From Deltaproteobacteria bacterium (GTDB lineage Bacteria > Desulfobacterota > JADFXK01), in assembly GCA_015233295.1 (NCBI GenBank), contig JADFYC010000003.1, positions 1 through 39,722 on the forward strand: DNA of 39,722 nucleotides. The letters run 5' to 3'. The translations under genes and the position numbers were made by a program. The notes below the pieces were generated by a model. That model saw nothing but the letters and a program-made list of their open reading frames with translations. It ran no database searches and was not told where the DNA came from. This document shows, piece by piece, positions 19,203-28,710 of this stretch (the stretch's first letter is position 1; each line of letters starts with the position of its first letter).

Positions 19203-19398
19203 GGTCAATCCTCCATAATTATTGGCTGTCATGTTTATTAATAACAAACCTGTTTGGTTAAGCTGACCTGGTTATGTTGAACGTAATCAGCTTGAGGCTG
19301 CTGTTGGTATCTAATCGCACTATAGGTGAATAAAAGGTGAAAGTCAAGCAGAGAGCTTTCCGGAGGGAGTTAGGCGAAGCGGAGGTCGGCAAAATATA

Positions 19399-20414
19399 TC
19401 AGGCGGGATCGGATAAGCTGTCGAGAAATCCCTTTGACAGGAGTTGGGCGATGATCGGGGCGTTGCCTCCAGCGCGATTGTTGACGGCGACATTGACATG
19501 GCAGCCCTGGTCAATGGCCGAGCGCATGATGGCCGCCGTATCGTCAAGCATCCGAGAGCTGAGCAGGCCATCAATCATCTTATCAAACGGAAAAGTCTTC
19601 AGGTAGGCGTCTTCATATTTCATTTTCGGCGGGGTCAGCAACTGGATGAGGCATTGTCCCTCGAAATTAAGAAATCGACTCCCGCCCAGGGCAAACTGTC
19701 GAGAAAGCGGAGGCACCAGGTCCAATGGGACAGCACCTGGCCCAGACCGTGCTTTGCCAAGAGATCGAAGTAGGCCGGAGACAGAAACGATTCCGTCCTG
19801 ACTTCCAAATGATATCGATCATCCGGGGGAACTTGGGTGAAGAAATCATCGAGTCGGGCGCAGAATTCTCCTGCCGAAGATCGTTCCTTTTGGGTCTGGT
19901 ACTCCTGTTCAAAGATAAATCCCTGCAGGTGCTTTCCCAGCACATCAACCGCCGGCCGATAAAACCGGCGAATAAACATGTCTGGGTTTAGGTAATCGGG
20001 GTTATCGATGTATTTCCCAGCTCGTCAAAATTTCCGAGCAAAGACGGCTTGGGGAACCTTGAGCAGTAAGCGGTCGCCAGGGGCAAGATACTCTTTGTAT
20101 AGATTGAGCGTCCGGAAAGTAGGAGAGGGCTGGTCATGTAGGTCGGCCAGCCAGCCATAGAAGGTGAAATCCACTTCCAGGACGGAGAAATGCTTAAAGT
20201 ACTCAGCCGCACTGGATATGGGCAAGACCCGCTCGATCAGTGATTGGCCGCCAATTTTCTTGGTCCGGCTGGTGATTTGGGATTGATACCGTGCTTCAGA
20301 GTAAATCTGGCCCAGCCAACCGGCATACCTGTCACTGGCCGTTCCTAGTGAGACTCCGGGGTTCAGATCACAGAATATAAATCCGTCGATCTGAGATTGC
20401 TGTGTGTCAGGCAT
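19399..20414 (-). pseudogene. DUF72-family protein gene with an in-frame TGA and one frameshift
   Basis: Three ORF pieces read collinearly as DUF72: LGTASDRYAGWLGQIY...EYFKHFSVLEVDFTFY; ...KF*RAGKYIDNPDYLNPDMFIRRF...; ...LSHWTW/PPLSRQFALGG.... The TGA is at 20025-20027 and a -1 shift lies near 19714-19717. Confidence 0.75.
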
Positions 20415-20467
20415 GAGTGAATTCCGTTGCCTAATACTGGATGTCCGTGAGTTGAGGATAGAAAGTT

Positions 20468-20622
20468 ATTATAGTCATCCGAACATGAAACCTAACATTT
20501 CATTCTAGGTGTTTCGGTCGCCGCACCTGACGTGATCGACTAGCAATAAAGGGAATTGGTTCCAGTTTGGCCATGGTGAGGCATTATCAAAATGTTAGAA
20601 ATCAAAATCGGATGACTATAAT
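20468..20622. mobile_element. MITE-like element with ~33-bp imperfect terminal inverted repeats
   Basis: Left arm ATTATAGTCATCCGA(n9)CTAACATTT at 20468-20500. Right arm AAATGTTAG(n9)TCGGATGACTATAAT at 20590-20622. Blocks of 15 and 9 bp are perfectly complementary. The interior is 89 nt with no ORF. Confidence 0.5.
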
Positions 20623-20876
20623 GCTCGCATTCTACATCGAAAAGTGTGTAACAGCCGGGATGTGTTAAACTCCGTTGAGCGAATTAGCAGGCTGGGAATG
20701 GGACGATTAAAGGGCATAGGAATTTATCGATTCAATTTGAATACTCACCCGTGCTTACCGGGTGTATAATTCAGAGAAGTTAGCCGCTCGCGGATGGAGC
20801 AAATTCACCAGGGGTACCAGCCCCCCCCAAAAAAATATATAGCTCCTTTTATATGGCTATATTATGAATTAGTCCA

Positions 20877-23800
20877 CTAAACACCCAAAACGCTTCGGAT
20901 CAGCTTTGCTAGTTGCCTTCTTTCCAATGGTTTCATGATGAGCGCCTTAATTCCCAGCTCTTTTGCGGTCTCTTCCGTTACTTTTTTGTTGAATCCCGTG
21001 CAGAGAATGACTGGGATATCGGGCCGGACTTGGAGTATCTCTCTGGCCAATTCAATTCCTGTCAATCCGGGCATAGTATAGTCTGTGATGACCAAATCAA
21101 ACTCTTGAGGGCGGGATCTGAACAAATCGAGAGCATCAAGGGCGCTTGTTTTCGTCGTTACCTGGTACCCCAACTTCTTGAGCATCCTGGAGCCCATATC
21201 CACCAACATCTGTTCATCATCAACCAGGAGTATATTCCCCGAGCCCCTGGGCGAAGCTTCTAACATGGCAATCGATGCCGTGGACTCAACAACCGCCCTC
21301 GGCAGGTAGACGTCAAAGACACTCCCTTTACCAGGTTCACTCCTGACAACTATTTCTCCGCCGTGCCTCTTTATTATCCCATGCACAACGGCCAAACCTA
21401 ATCCAGTACCCTTTCCCACTTCCTTAGTGGTGAAATAGGGTTCAAAAATGCGCTGTATAGTCTCCCCGCCTATCCCATGGCCAGTATCAGAAACACATAA
21501 TTTTAGATATGGTCCCGGTTTAAAATTTGATGAAATTGGAAAAGAATTTAGGTCGGACTTCCCAAGATGCACCCTGGTCAGAGAAACATCGAGTACGCCT
21601 TTGTCTTCCATCGCATGAGCTGCATTTGTGCAGAGATTGACAATGACTTGATGGATTTGAGTTGCATCGACCACTGATACTCCCTTCTCCAGATTCTGCC
21701 TGATCTCTATCGTGGATGGGAGCGATGCCCTTAGTAACTTAAGAGCTTCCTTTACAATAGTGCTGATATCAATGCCGGTCATGGGTTGCTCCTGCCCCAT
21801 GCGACTGAAGGCTAGGATCTGCCTTACCAGATTCCTAGCTCGATGAGCAGCGGTAAGCACCTGCCCGAGATCATGGCGCAGAGCCTCTGATTCGTGCATG
21901 TCTTCCAAAACCATTTCGGTATAACCTATGATCGGTGATAGTATGTTATTGAAATCGTGAGCAATACCTCCAGCCAGAGTGCCTATGGCCTCAAGCTTTT
22001 GAGCTTCACGAAGCTGAGCCTCAAGCTTCTTGGTTTGGGTTACATTCCGCCCAAGCCGCAATATCTTGGTTATCTTTTTGGAATCATCGTTAATGGGGAT
22101 CAGTCTATATTCCCATGTTTCATTATCTCGAGAGATAATAAATTCATTTGGTTTCCCAGACTCAAGGACAGTATGAAGTGGGCAACTCTCGCAAGGCGCA
22201 CGTCGCATCAATTGGGCTTTGTAGCAATATTCTCCCTCGGTATAGGTCTCCTTTGCCTTCATTGTCTCCACGGCCTTCTGATTGGCCCAGATTATTCTCT
22301 TGTCGGCTGAAATTATTGAAATCGCATCTGGAATAGACTCCAAGACAGTTTTGAACTCGTGAGAGAGCGCTCTGTACCTTGCCTCACTCTCCTGTAATGC
22401 CTCTCTATCCAGTCTTCGCTCCGTGATATCCTGGGCGATACCGGCAGTTCCCGTCACTTTCCCTTGCTCAGTCAGGATGGGTGTCTTGAAGGTCATGAAC
22501 CAACGCATCTCTGTTCCAATTACGACCTGTTCCTCCACCTGCAATTTTTGGCCGGAAGAAATGGCCTGGACGTCATCGGTGCGATAAATTTCTGCAAACT
22601 CCAACGGCCAGACATCCTGGTCGGTTTTTCCGATCACATCTTCAACCCCACGTCCGCATGCTTTGGCAAACGCCTCGTTTACCATCTCAAACCTGCCCTC
22701 ACAATCCTTAAGCCAGGCAAGCATGGGTAGGTTGTCGAGGAAAGTTTGGAGCCGCCTGTGCGCAAAGGCCTGTATTTGTTCCGCCATATTTCTTTCCGTC
22801 ACATCGCGAGCAATACCGATAAGTCCCGCTATTTCGCCGGATTCATCACGAAACGGGGTTGTAATGGTCTCTGCCAGAATGGACCGCCCATCAACAAGTT
22901 TAATCCACTTATCATTCTTTATTGGCTTACCGGCAACAATCGTTTCCCTGTCCCTCTGACGGAAAAATTCCGCCAAGGCCATATCTTTTATGATATCAAC
23001 GTCTGTTCGACCAATAATACGTTCTTTAGGAAGGCCTATGAAGGCACTGGCGAAGAAATCGTTACAGCCTATATAGACACTATCCCGGTTCTTGAAGAAA
23101 ATTGGCTCGGGAATGGCGTCGATCATGGTCTGAAGAAAGACCCTATCGGCATCAAGCGTTCGGTTTAGACGGTGAATACCCACAAAGCGCCAGATAAGAA
23201 GAGCTAACAAGACAAGCGCAGAACAACCGCCTGAAGCAATGAGGACCCTCCCGACCGTCCACCAGGGTTCTGGTTTTCCGATCCAGCGTTCGTAGATTTG
23301 TCTTTGCTCCGTATCGTTCTCAAAGGATTCGATAGCATTATCCAATAGGTCCCGTATGGTCTTGCTGCCGGGACGTAAAGCGATGGAGCGCAACACCTCA
23401 AAGGCAGGTGGGGTTATAACCCGGACCTTCTCTCTCATGCCGGCCGCGCCTGCTAGTTTGAGTAAATTTTCCGTGGTGGTCATAATCAGGTCGATCTGGC
23501 CGGTCAAGAGGTCCATGAGAAGATGCTGCATTTTGGGGTAGGAAATGACTAATAAATCTCGGTTCTCTTTAAGCTTCTCATGGGCAGTGCTTCCTTTGAT
23601 TACTCCTACCTTCTTGCCGGGGGCCGGGCCTATGGTTGAAACATCGGAAGCACGGGCTATATAGTTCACCTGAAAGGTATCAAGTGTTCGAGTAAAGATG
23701 AAACGTTGCTTTGTCCTATCATTGATGGCCCTGAAGGGAATGAGGTCAGCCTGTCCAGTGAGGAGAATATCTTCTATCTCATCCCATGGTTCACCAAACC

Positions 23801-24062
23801 GGTATTCCACGCGCAATCCGGCCCTTTTAGCCAGTTCATTCATCACGTCAACTGCCAGTCCGTTTGGTTTCCCGTCCTTTGGATCACGGAAATATGTAGG
23901 GGGAAAATCGGATGGTATCACAGCCACTACTGTTTGCAGGTCTTTTCCTCCGGGATCGGCAGCAAGACTGACTGTAGGTACGAACAAAGGTGCCAAGCTT
24001 AGCGCTACAACCCAAAGAAGGATAGAGAACTTTCGTCCGGAAGGGCTATTCTTATTCTTCAT
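20877..24062 (-). CDS. Hybrid sensor histidine kinase (periplasmic SBP_bac_3 domain, TM, PAS x3, HisKA, HATPase_c, receiver)
   Basis: Signal/TM, amino-acid-binding-type SBP (VVAVIPSDFPPTYFRD...NGLAVDVMNELAKRAGL), PAS repeats, H-box GGIAHDFNNILSPIIGY, G-boxes (DTGHGI, GTGLGLAVV), and a C-terminal receiver (ILLVDDEQ...DLVITDYTMPGLTG...KPL). Confidence 0.9.
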   Translation of the reverse strand: MKNKNSPSGRKFSILLWVVALSLAPLFVPTVSLAADPGGKDLQTVVAVIPSDFPPTYFRDPKDGKPNGLAVDVMNELAKRAGLRVEYRFGEPWDEIEDILLTGQADLIPFRAINDRTKQRFIFTRTLDTFQVNYIARASDVSTIGPAPGKKVGVIKGSTAHEKLKENRDLLVISYPKMQHLLMDLLTGQIDLIMTTTENLLKLAGAAGMREKVRVITPPAFEVLRSIALRPGSKTIRDLLDNAIESFENDTEQRQIYERWIGKPEPWWTVGRVLIASGGCSALVLLALLIWRFVGIHRLNRTLDADRVFLQTMIDAIPEPIFFKNRDSVYIGCNDFFASAFIGLPKERIIGRTDVDIIKDMALAEFFRQRDRETIVAGKPIKNDKWIKLVDGRSILAETITTPFRDESGEIAGLIGIARDVTERNMAEQIQAFAHRRLQTFLDNLPMLAWLKDCEGRFEMVNEAFAKACGRGVEDVIGKTDQDVWPLEFAEIYRTDDVQAISSGQKLQVEEQVVIGTEMRWFMTFKTPILTEQGKVTGTAGIAQDITERRLDREALQESEARYRALSHEFKTVLESIPDAISIISADKRIIWANQKAVETMKAKETYTEGEYCYKAQLMRRAPCESCPLHTVLESGKPNEFIISRDNETWEYRLIPINDDSKKITKILRLGRNVTQTKKLEAQLREAQKLEAIGTLAGGIAHDFNNILSPIIGYTEMVLEDMHESEALRHDLGQVLTAAHRARNLVRQILAFSRMGQEQPMTGIDISTIVKEALKLLRASLPSTIEIRQNLEKGVSVVDATQIHQVIVNLCTNAAHAMEDKGVLDVSLTRVHLGKSDLNSFPISSNFKPGPYLKLCVSDTGHGIGGETIQRIFEPYFTTKEVGKGTGLGLAVVHGIIKRHGGEIVVRSEPGKGSVFDVYLPRAVVESTASIAMLEASPRGSGNILLVDDEQMLVDMGSRMLKKLGYQVTTKTSALDALDLFRSRPQEFDLVITDYTMPGLTGIELAREILQVRPDIPVILCTGFNKKVTEETAKELGIKALIMKPLERRQLAKLIRSVLGV

Positions 24063-24071
24063 AGTACTACC

Positions 24072-24462
24072 TTATTGACCTTGTTGTGATGGAGCGCAAA
24101 CTCCTTGTTGATATGTTGCAGCAAGCGCCTTTTTCAAATCAGACAACTGGTAAGGCTTATGTAGAAACGCTTGTGGTCTTTCTACGTGCTTTTCCTGCAT
24201 AATTTGTCCTTCGTCGTAACCGCTAGCCAGGATTACCGGAATGCTCGGCCGCAGCGCCCTGAGTTCGCTAAGGTTTGCCATCCGTTCATCCCAGGCATAC
24301 TTAGATCCAATAGAACCAGGCGGATTTCTTCTTTGTGAGAGCGGAAGGTTCTTACAGCTTCTAATCCGTCGTCGGCGGTTATCACCTTATAGCCAAATCG
24401 TCGTTCTAACAATGTCTGGTCATATCACCAACTAGTGGCTCGTCATCGACCACAAGGACCAT
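24072..24462 (-). pseudogene. Single-domain response-regulator receiver, split by two -1 frameshifts
   Basis: Three frames read collinearly: MVLVVDDEPLVGDMTRH / LLERRFGYKVITADDGLEAVRTFRSHKEEIRLVLLDLSMPGMNGWQ / LSELRALRPSIPVILASGYDEGQ...FLHKPYQLSDLKKAL. The span is 391 nt, so two added bases give 131 codons. Confidence 0.75.
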
Positions 24463-24495
24463 CCCGCTTCCATCAATCTGCACCTCATCTAGTAT

Positions 24496-27400
24496 TTAAT
24501 CGCTGTGAGGCTGTTCCTTCGATTCCGGCATTGGAAAATACACCCTAAACATAGCACCTTGGGCCGGTCGACTTTCGACAGTTATAGCCCCTTCGCAGGC
24601 TCTAACGAGCCCAAGAACGACGGAAAGCCCCAATCCACGTCCTGTAAACCTGGTAGTAAAGAACGGGTCAAATATCTTCTCGATAATTGCATCATCCAAA
24701 CCGGGACCGGTATCGATGACCGAAAGACAACTGTAGCATTTCTCCTTTGGCGTCCAGTCTATTGGGAAAAATTTCGAGTTCCTGATTTTATCTGAGGTCA
24801 CCACTCCTACGGTCAAGGTGATGTGGCCTTCCGCTTTCCCAATGGCTTCCACTGCGTTAGACACCAGGTTCGTCAAGATTTGCTTTATGTCCACGGCATC
24901 CGCCTGGATGATCGGTCCTTGGGATGGGAGGTCGCTTTTTAGGTGTACATTCACTGGCATGGATGAACAGATAAAGCCTTCAGCCTCTTCCACGGCTTCC
25001 GAAAGATCAATTGCCCTTTTCTTCCCGACGGCCTGACCAAGGTAGGTGAGCATGAATCGGCTGATTTCAGCGGCTTTTCTGGAAGCCTTCATGGCTTGGG
25101 CAATGCATGTGTGAGAGTCAGTCCCTTCAAGCAATTCATCCATGGCAAGCTCCAGATTGCCAATTACGACTCCCAGCATGTTGTTGAAATTATGTGCAAT
25201 AGAGCCAGCCATCCGGCCCAGACTTTCGGCCTTTTGGGCCTGCTGCAATCGATGTTCCAGTTCCGCTCTTTCAGCATCCGCACGTTTTTCGTCCGTAATG
25301 TCTTGCACTGTCCCAGTCCAGACAATGTCACCATTCTCCAATCTTTTTGGCAGGGATTCAATGTGCATGAACCGGACATGATCCTTGATGACGAATCTGC
25401 CCTCCCACAGAAACAGTTCCAGTTTTTTCCTTGCTTCTTCATTGGCCTCCACGAAATGTTGAATTTCTTCAGGATGTACGAGGTCAAAAGCCACCTTTGA
25501 ATCTCGCAATGCATCTTCGCACTGAAGATCCAAAATTTCGCACCAACGAGGACTTACATAATCGAAAACCATATGGCCCTCAGACATCATTCTGAATTTA
25601 TATATGCCGACCGGAACCCTGGCTACCATTTCGTCATAGGCGCGTTTACTATCTTGTAATGCCTTCTCCGCCTGCCTCCGGTCCGTGATGTCGTGGATAA
25701 TCGAATAAAGTAGGGTCCGTCCCTTTATTTCAATCGGTCCGGAGTGGACCTCCACGTCTCGTATGTCACCCGTGGCCACGCGGTGGCAAAAAATGAAGTA
25801 GTTTCGTCTTTCTGCTCTAGCCAGTTCCATTTCCGTCTGGACTTGCTCACGCGGAAGCATGTTGATATCCGTAATCCGCATAGTCAGAAATTGATCTCGC
25901 GTGTAGCCGTAAAAATTACAGGCAGCCGGATTAGCGTCCACCAAGAGTCCTGTTCCCGGCTCGATCAACAACATTACAGCGCGGTTCTTTTCAAACATAC
26001 TTCTGTAACGCCCTTCACTCTCACGTAACGCTTCTTCGATTCGTTTTCGCTCCGTTATGTCACGAATAGATTCTATCCCTCCAGTTACGTTGCCCAGGCT
26101 GTCTCGCAATACGGAACTCGTTGCCGACAGATATGCACCTTTGCCCTCAAATACCTCCGGAACAAATGATTCACCCAAGAAACTGTCACCCTCTCTTTGG
26201 ATGAGATCGTATTCCTCGATCTGCAACTCGGGATATGAGGCAATAGACAAGGCAACATCAATAAGTAAGGGCCTTCGGTCGCCGTAAAAGGGAAGGGCGT
26301 ACTCGTATTCTCCCTTATGGAGCATATCGGCCTTCAAAACACCGGTCATCTTTTCAATGGCCCTGTTCCAGTGGGTGACGTGTCCATTGGTGTCGATCAC
26401 AAATGTGGCATCAGGGAAAAATTCAATGATTTCATCAAGGCGTTTGTGGGCCTCCAGCGCGGCCTCTTCAGCCCTTTGGCGCTGGCTAATATCACGAGCT
26501 AAACCAAACATCACTTTTCTTCCCTGCCAAGTATAAGGACCTCCCACAATTTCTACAGGAAAGACTATTCCATCTTTTCTCTTATGAAATCTCATCGGAA
26601 TATATATGGTTCCCTCAGAGAGTATCTGCTGGATGGTGCTATCAGATTCCTGGTGTTGCACGGTGATGTCGTGAATGGTCATGCCGCCCATGAGTTCATC
26701 CCGGCTGTAACCGTAGAGCTTCACATAAGCGTCGTTGACATCCAAAAATTTTGACGTCTCCAAATCTAAAATATAAATCGCATAGAGTTCATTGTGGAAA
26801 AGAACCCGGTATTTTTCCTCGCTCTCCCGTAATGCCGCCTCAGACTGTCTACGCTCGGTAAGGTCACGGGCTGAAGCATAGAGGTATGAACGGCCCTGTA
26901 GCAACACCCCGACTCCGCTGATTTCAACATTGCGAATGTGTCCATCCTTTCTGCGATGCCTCGTTTCAAACACAGCGTTGAAGGTGATCAATTCGCGAAT
27001 CTTCTCCACGAGCTCCTCACGAGACCATTGCACGTCCCAGTCAGCTACATTAAGTTGTAGTATCTCTTCACGCGAATAGCCCAGCATATTGCAGAATGCA
27101 TCGTTGGCCTCCACGACGTTACCCTGTTCGTCTAAGACGTGGATGCCGTCACCGGCATTTCTTAAGAGTGTTTGATTGCGTATAGCCAATGCAGCGGCAG
27201 ATTCCTCGGCTTGCTTGCGGTCGCTGATGTTTGAATGTGAAATGACAAGACCGCCCCTATGTCCTCGCATAACAGCGACGTTCATCTGAAACCAGCGATG
27301 GTTATCGGGCGAGTGGCAGGGATATTCAAGGCTAAAAAATTGTTGTTCGCCATTTAGAACGGCACTAATACCAATGAATGCAGCTTGTGCACCTTCATCA

Positions 27401-28710
27401 TCAACTCTACCAATGCTCTCCTTGCAGAAAGCCAAATACTGGGCGCCGATATATGGCATGGTCGCGCCATTCTCTATCGCAAATTGCTGCCAGGACTTAT
27501 TCACGGAGATAATGTTCCCTTTCAAATCCAGTACACATATAATATCTTGAAGAGAATCAATTATATCCTTCGTAAATTCTTCACTTTCTCTCAACTCAAC
27601 GGTCAACTGATTGGCGATCTTGCGTGCATTGAAACTTGTATTGATAAGGGAACGGATGAGTGAAAACAGCAAAAAGCTGATAGCCATTCCACCGGCAAGA
27701 ATGAGCCAAACTCTACTGTATTCGATCGAAAATAATCCCCCCCCTTCTTGAGAGAAGTGTAGGGTCCAGGTTCGACCTTTGAAATTGATTAGGGCCTGCA
27801 TGGTAACCATAGACTGTGGCTCAAATGCTTTGCTACCAGTTGCTTTGCTGTCATAGAGTAGGGTATCGTGCGATAGGCTTTCGCCATCGTATACCTGCAG
27901 GCGGATACTCTTACCTTCATGCAAAGTCCATCCTCCCAGGATACCGTGCATGAGATCGTTCATCCGGTAGGGACTGTAAACCCAACCCTGAAGGGCTGCC
28001 CGACGTTGTTCTACGGTATCAGTGGGCATACCTCTTCGGTATACCGGGACATACATCAAGGTCCCTGTCTGAACATCTGTCTCAGTTTCTTGCACCAACC
28101 GGACCTTTCTGGTGAGGGCAGCGGTATCATGGTCCCTTGACTGTTCCATTGCGGACCTGCGAACCGACTCTGAGAACATGTCGTAGCCGAAGGCGCGAAG
28201 GTTCCGGCCAGAAAAAGGTTCCAGATAGATTATGGAAGTGTATATATCCCGCTCGCCATCAGGCCACAGCCGGTAATTGGGAAAGCCTTCGAGGCGAATC
28301 TCCTGAATGTGCTGAGCCAGACGCTCCGAGGGGATCAGCAGGGCAAAGCCGACGCCCTGTATGCCAGGGCACTGCCCCTCTACATGCAACCGTTTGATGA
28401 ACGTGCGCCATTTCTCACGAGTGACCGTATCCAAGGCATCGAAAAATGCCGCTCCACTTCGCAAGATATGTTCGTGGTTATCGAGTCTGTCATTGATCCT
28501 GGCCCGGATCTCATCGCAGGCGAAGGCGAACTGCCTCTTCGCCAAGGCCTCCACGGTTGCCTTCATATAGAAGGCGCCAATAGCAGTGGCAATCAGGCAT
28601 ACCAACAGCACGGCCAAGGCTAACCATACTCCATGGCGAACAGCGGGTTGAGGTGGGGCCGTTGCTGAATCACTAGACTGGTTCATTAGGACTTCTCCGA
28701 AGTTTGTCAT
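24496..28710 (-). CDS. Large sensor histidine kinase (TM-CHASE-TM, multiple PAS/PAC, HisKA, HATPase_c)
   Basis: N-terminal TM plus a CHASE-like periplasmic domain (GIQGVGFALLIPSERL...YLEPFSGRNLRAFGYDM), a second TM, at least six PAS repeats, H-box GSIAHNFNNMLGVVIGN, and G-boxes (DTGPGL, GRGLGLSVV). An alternative start at 28686 has the better RBS. Confidence 0.9.
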   Translation of the reverse strand: MTNFGEVLMNQSSDSATAPPQPAVRHGVWLALAVLLVCLIATAIGAFYMKATVEALAKRQFAFACDEIRARINDRLDNHEHILRSGAAFFDALDTVTREKWRTFIKRLHVEGQCPGIQGVGFALLIPSERLAQHIQEIRLEGFPNYRLWPDGERDIYTSIIYLEPFSGRNLRAFGYDMFSESVRRSAMEQSRDHDTAALTRKVRLVQETETDVQTGTLMYVPVYRRGMPTDTVEQRRAALQGWVYSPYRMNDLMHGILGGWTLHEGKSIRLQVYDGESLSHDTLLYDSKATGSKAFEPQSMVTMQALINFKGRTWTLHFSQEGGGLFSIEYSRVWLILAGGMAISFLLFSLIRSLINTSFNARKIANQLTVELRESEEFTKDIIDSLQDIICVLDLKGNIISVNKSWQQFAIENGATMPYIGAQYLAFCKESIGRVDDEGAQAAFIGISAVLNGEQQFFSLEYPCHSPDNHRWFQMNVAVMRGHRGGLVISHSNISDRKQAEESAAALAIRNQTLLRNAGDGIHVLDEQGNVVEANDAFCNMLGYSREEILQLNVADWDVQWSREELVEKIRELITFNAVFETRHRRKDGHIRNVEISGVGVLLQGRSYLYASARDLTERRQSEAALRESEEKYRVLFHNELYAIYILDLETSKFLDVNDAYVKLYGYSRDELMGGMTIHDITVQHQESDSTIQQILSEGTIYIPMRFHKRKDGIVFPVEIVGGPYTWQGRKVMFGLARDISQRQRAEEAALEAHKRLDEIIEFFPDATFVIDTNGHVTHWNRAIEKMTGVLKADMLHKGEYEYALPFYGDRRPLLIDVALSIASYPELQIEEYDLIQREGDSFLGESFVPEVFEGKGAYLSATSSVLRDSLGNVTGGIESIRDITERKRIEEALRESEGRYRSMFEKNRAVMLLIEPGTGLLVDANPAACNFYGYTRDQFLTMRITDINMLPREQVQTEMELARAERRNYFIFCHRVATGDIRDVEVHSGPIEIKGRTLLYSIIHDITDRRQAEKALQDSKRAYDEMVARVPVGIYKFRMMSEGHMVFDYVSPRWCEILDLQCEDALRDSKVAFDLVHPEEIQHFVEANEEARKKLELFLWEGRFVIKDHVRFMHIESLPKRLENGDIVWTGTVQDITDEKRADAERAELEHRLQQAQKAESLGRMAGSIAHNFNNMLGVVIGNLELAMDELLEGTDSHTCIAQAMKASRKAAEISRFMLTYLGQAVGKKRAIDLSEAVEEAEGFICSSMPVNVHLKSDLPSQGPIIQADAVDIKQILTNLVSNAVEAIGKAEGHITLTVGVVTSDKIRNSKFFPIDWTPKEKCYSCLSVIDTGPGLDDAIIEKIFDPFFTTRFTGRGLGLSVVLGLVRACEGAITVESRPAQGAMFRVYFPMPESKEQPHSD

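Noticed and set aside
19203-19398. Calling a specific LexA box
   Set aside because: No match to the E. coli, Gram-positive or alphaproteobacterial consensus, nor to the Geobacter-type motif GGTT-N2-C-N4-G-N3-ACC as I recall it. The palindromes present are short, so they are reported only as candidates.
20025-20027. In-frame TGA in DUF72 as selenocysteine
   Set aside because: The same gene also carries a frameshift, and DUF72 proteins are not known selenoproteins. I see no obvious hairpin immediately downstream on the coding strand. A nonsense mutation or error is the simpler explanation.
24274-24412. The two frameshifts in the receiver gene as programmed ribosomal frameshifting
   Set aside because: There are no slippery heptamers or downstream structures. 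Two shifts within 130 codons of a simple receiver domain make no regulatory sense. Indel error or decay is more likely.
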